From an uncultured Acidobacteriota bacterium (lineage in GTDB: Bacteria > Acidobacteriota > UBA6911), in NCBI GenBank assembly GCA_963827655.1, contig CAWHCF010000043.1:75726-139725 (forward strand): 64,000 bases of DNA. Reading direction: 5' to 3'. The notes beneath the pieces are model-generated. The model saw only the letters and a list, made by a program, of their open reading frames with translations. It did no database searches and was not told the origin of the DNA. The translations under genes and the position numbers were made by a program. Positions 63,327 through 64,000 of the stretch are shown in pieces (position 1 is the first letter of the stretch; each line of letters starts with the position of its first letter).

Positions 63327-63573
63327 CGATGCACGCCCAACTCTCCCTGCGGCTTCACTCCGGTAATCTATCAGTAACCGTACCCAACGCCCCTCGTTTT
63401 TTCCTCAACTACTGTTGTGTCCCCCCGGCTGCCAGGCGGCTGTGTACACAACCCGGTCGCTGGCTAGGCCGGGACCGACCGCCGAGTTGAACGCCTTCTG
63501 GAGATCGGGCCCGAGTGGTACGTCAAAGAGGGCGTCCTTGCCTTCTCGGCGTGGCGGGCTTGATTTCCACCGC

Positions 63574-63996
63574 TTAACCGAGCGGGTCTACGATCATGAG
63601 GATGGTTTTACCGGTGGCGTCCATGATTTCCAGCGACGGGATCACATACCCCCGCTTTTGTTTGCCGAACCGCACCTCGGCATAGAACTCCAGCCGATTA
63701 CCTGGGACGGCGATCCCCTGCTGATCGAACTTTAAATCCAAAGCGACCGCTCTGCCGGGGAGCAAAAACTCTCTCGAGCGAGCCAGGATATTACCCATCC
63801 GGTCGTATATCACCAACTCAGCGGGCTGAATGTCCGGGTTGCCGATCGATACCACATGGAACCGCGCGGTCTGTCCGGGCGCGATATTCGCAACGCCATA
63901 AGCGAGGAATTCATCCAGATAATCATCTGCAGCCGCTTCGCGGATCGCGGGCCACGCCACCCAGCTCACCGCAACGACGATCACCGCTATGATCAT
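63574..63996 (-). CDS. Exported hypothetical protein (start may lie beyond the window)
   Basis: Hydrophobic N-terminus; beta-rich GQTARFHVV...SLEIMD.TGKT. Confidence 0.6.
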   Translation of the reverse strand: MIIAVIVVAVSWVAWPAIREAAADDYLDEFLAYGVANIAPGQTARFHVVSIGNPDIQPAELVIYDRMGNILARSREFLLPGRAVALDLKFDQQGIAVPGNRLEFYAEVRFGKQKRGYVIPSLEIMDATGKTILMIVDPLG

Positions 63997-64000
63997 GGCC

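Overview
64-kb bacterial chromosomal segment, GC-rich. It is most consistent with an Acidobacteriota genome (inferred from TonB-dependent receptors with a carboxypeptidase-regulatory-like N-terminus, Tat-exported Gfo/Idh/MocA and enolase-family enzymes, and an insertion in SecF). Content is mostly metabolic/housekeeping: acyl-CoA synthetase, a Tes/GDGT-MAS-like (MJ0619-family) radical SAM enzyme, tRNA-Leu(CAG), a 4-gene ABC system, two tandem phosphohexomutases, a complex I-like operon, a FadF-like Fe-S oxidoreductase, a 2-oxoacid dehydrogenase cluster with two E1-alpha genes, secDF, two type II toxin-antitoxin pairs and an orphan eCIS-effector-like gene. Main observations: (1) a nuoABCDHIJK-N operon in which nuoK abuts nuoN, with no nuoL/M/E/F/G, followed by a dicluster ferredoxin, a Rieske protein and two membrane proteins; (2) three dispersed intergenic repeat families (9-mer-periodic hairpins, 7-mer arrays that overlap stop/start codons, and REP cassettes nested in IS-like inverted repeats); (3) a mazEF-like pair bracketed by a 33-bp duplicate of the host gene's 3' region; (4) a duplicated ComEA-like HhH insert in SecF; (5) a candidate structured ncRNA. 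At least 12 genes carry frameshifts, probably long-read consensus errors, so split or fused ORFs need caution. All calls come from reading the sequence; no database searches were run.
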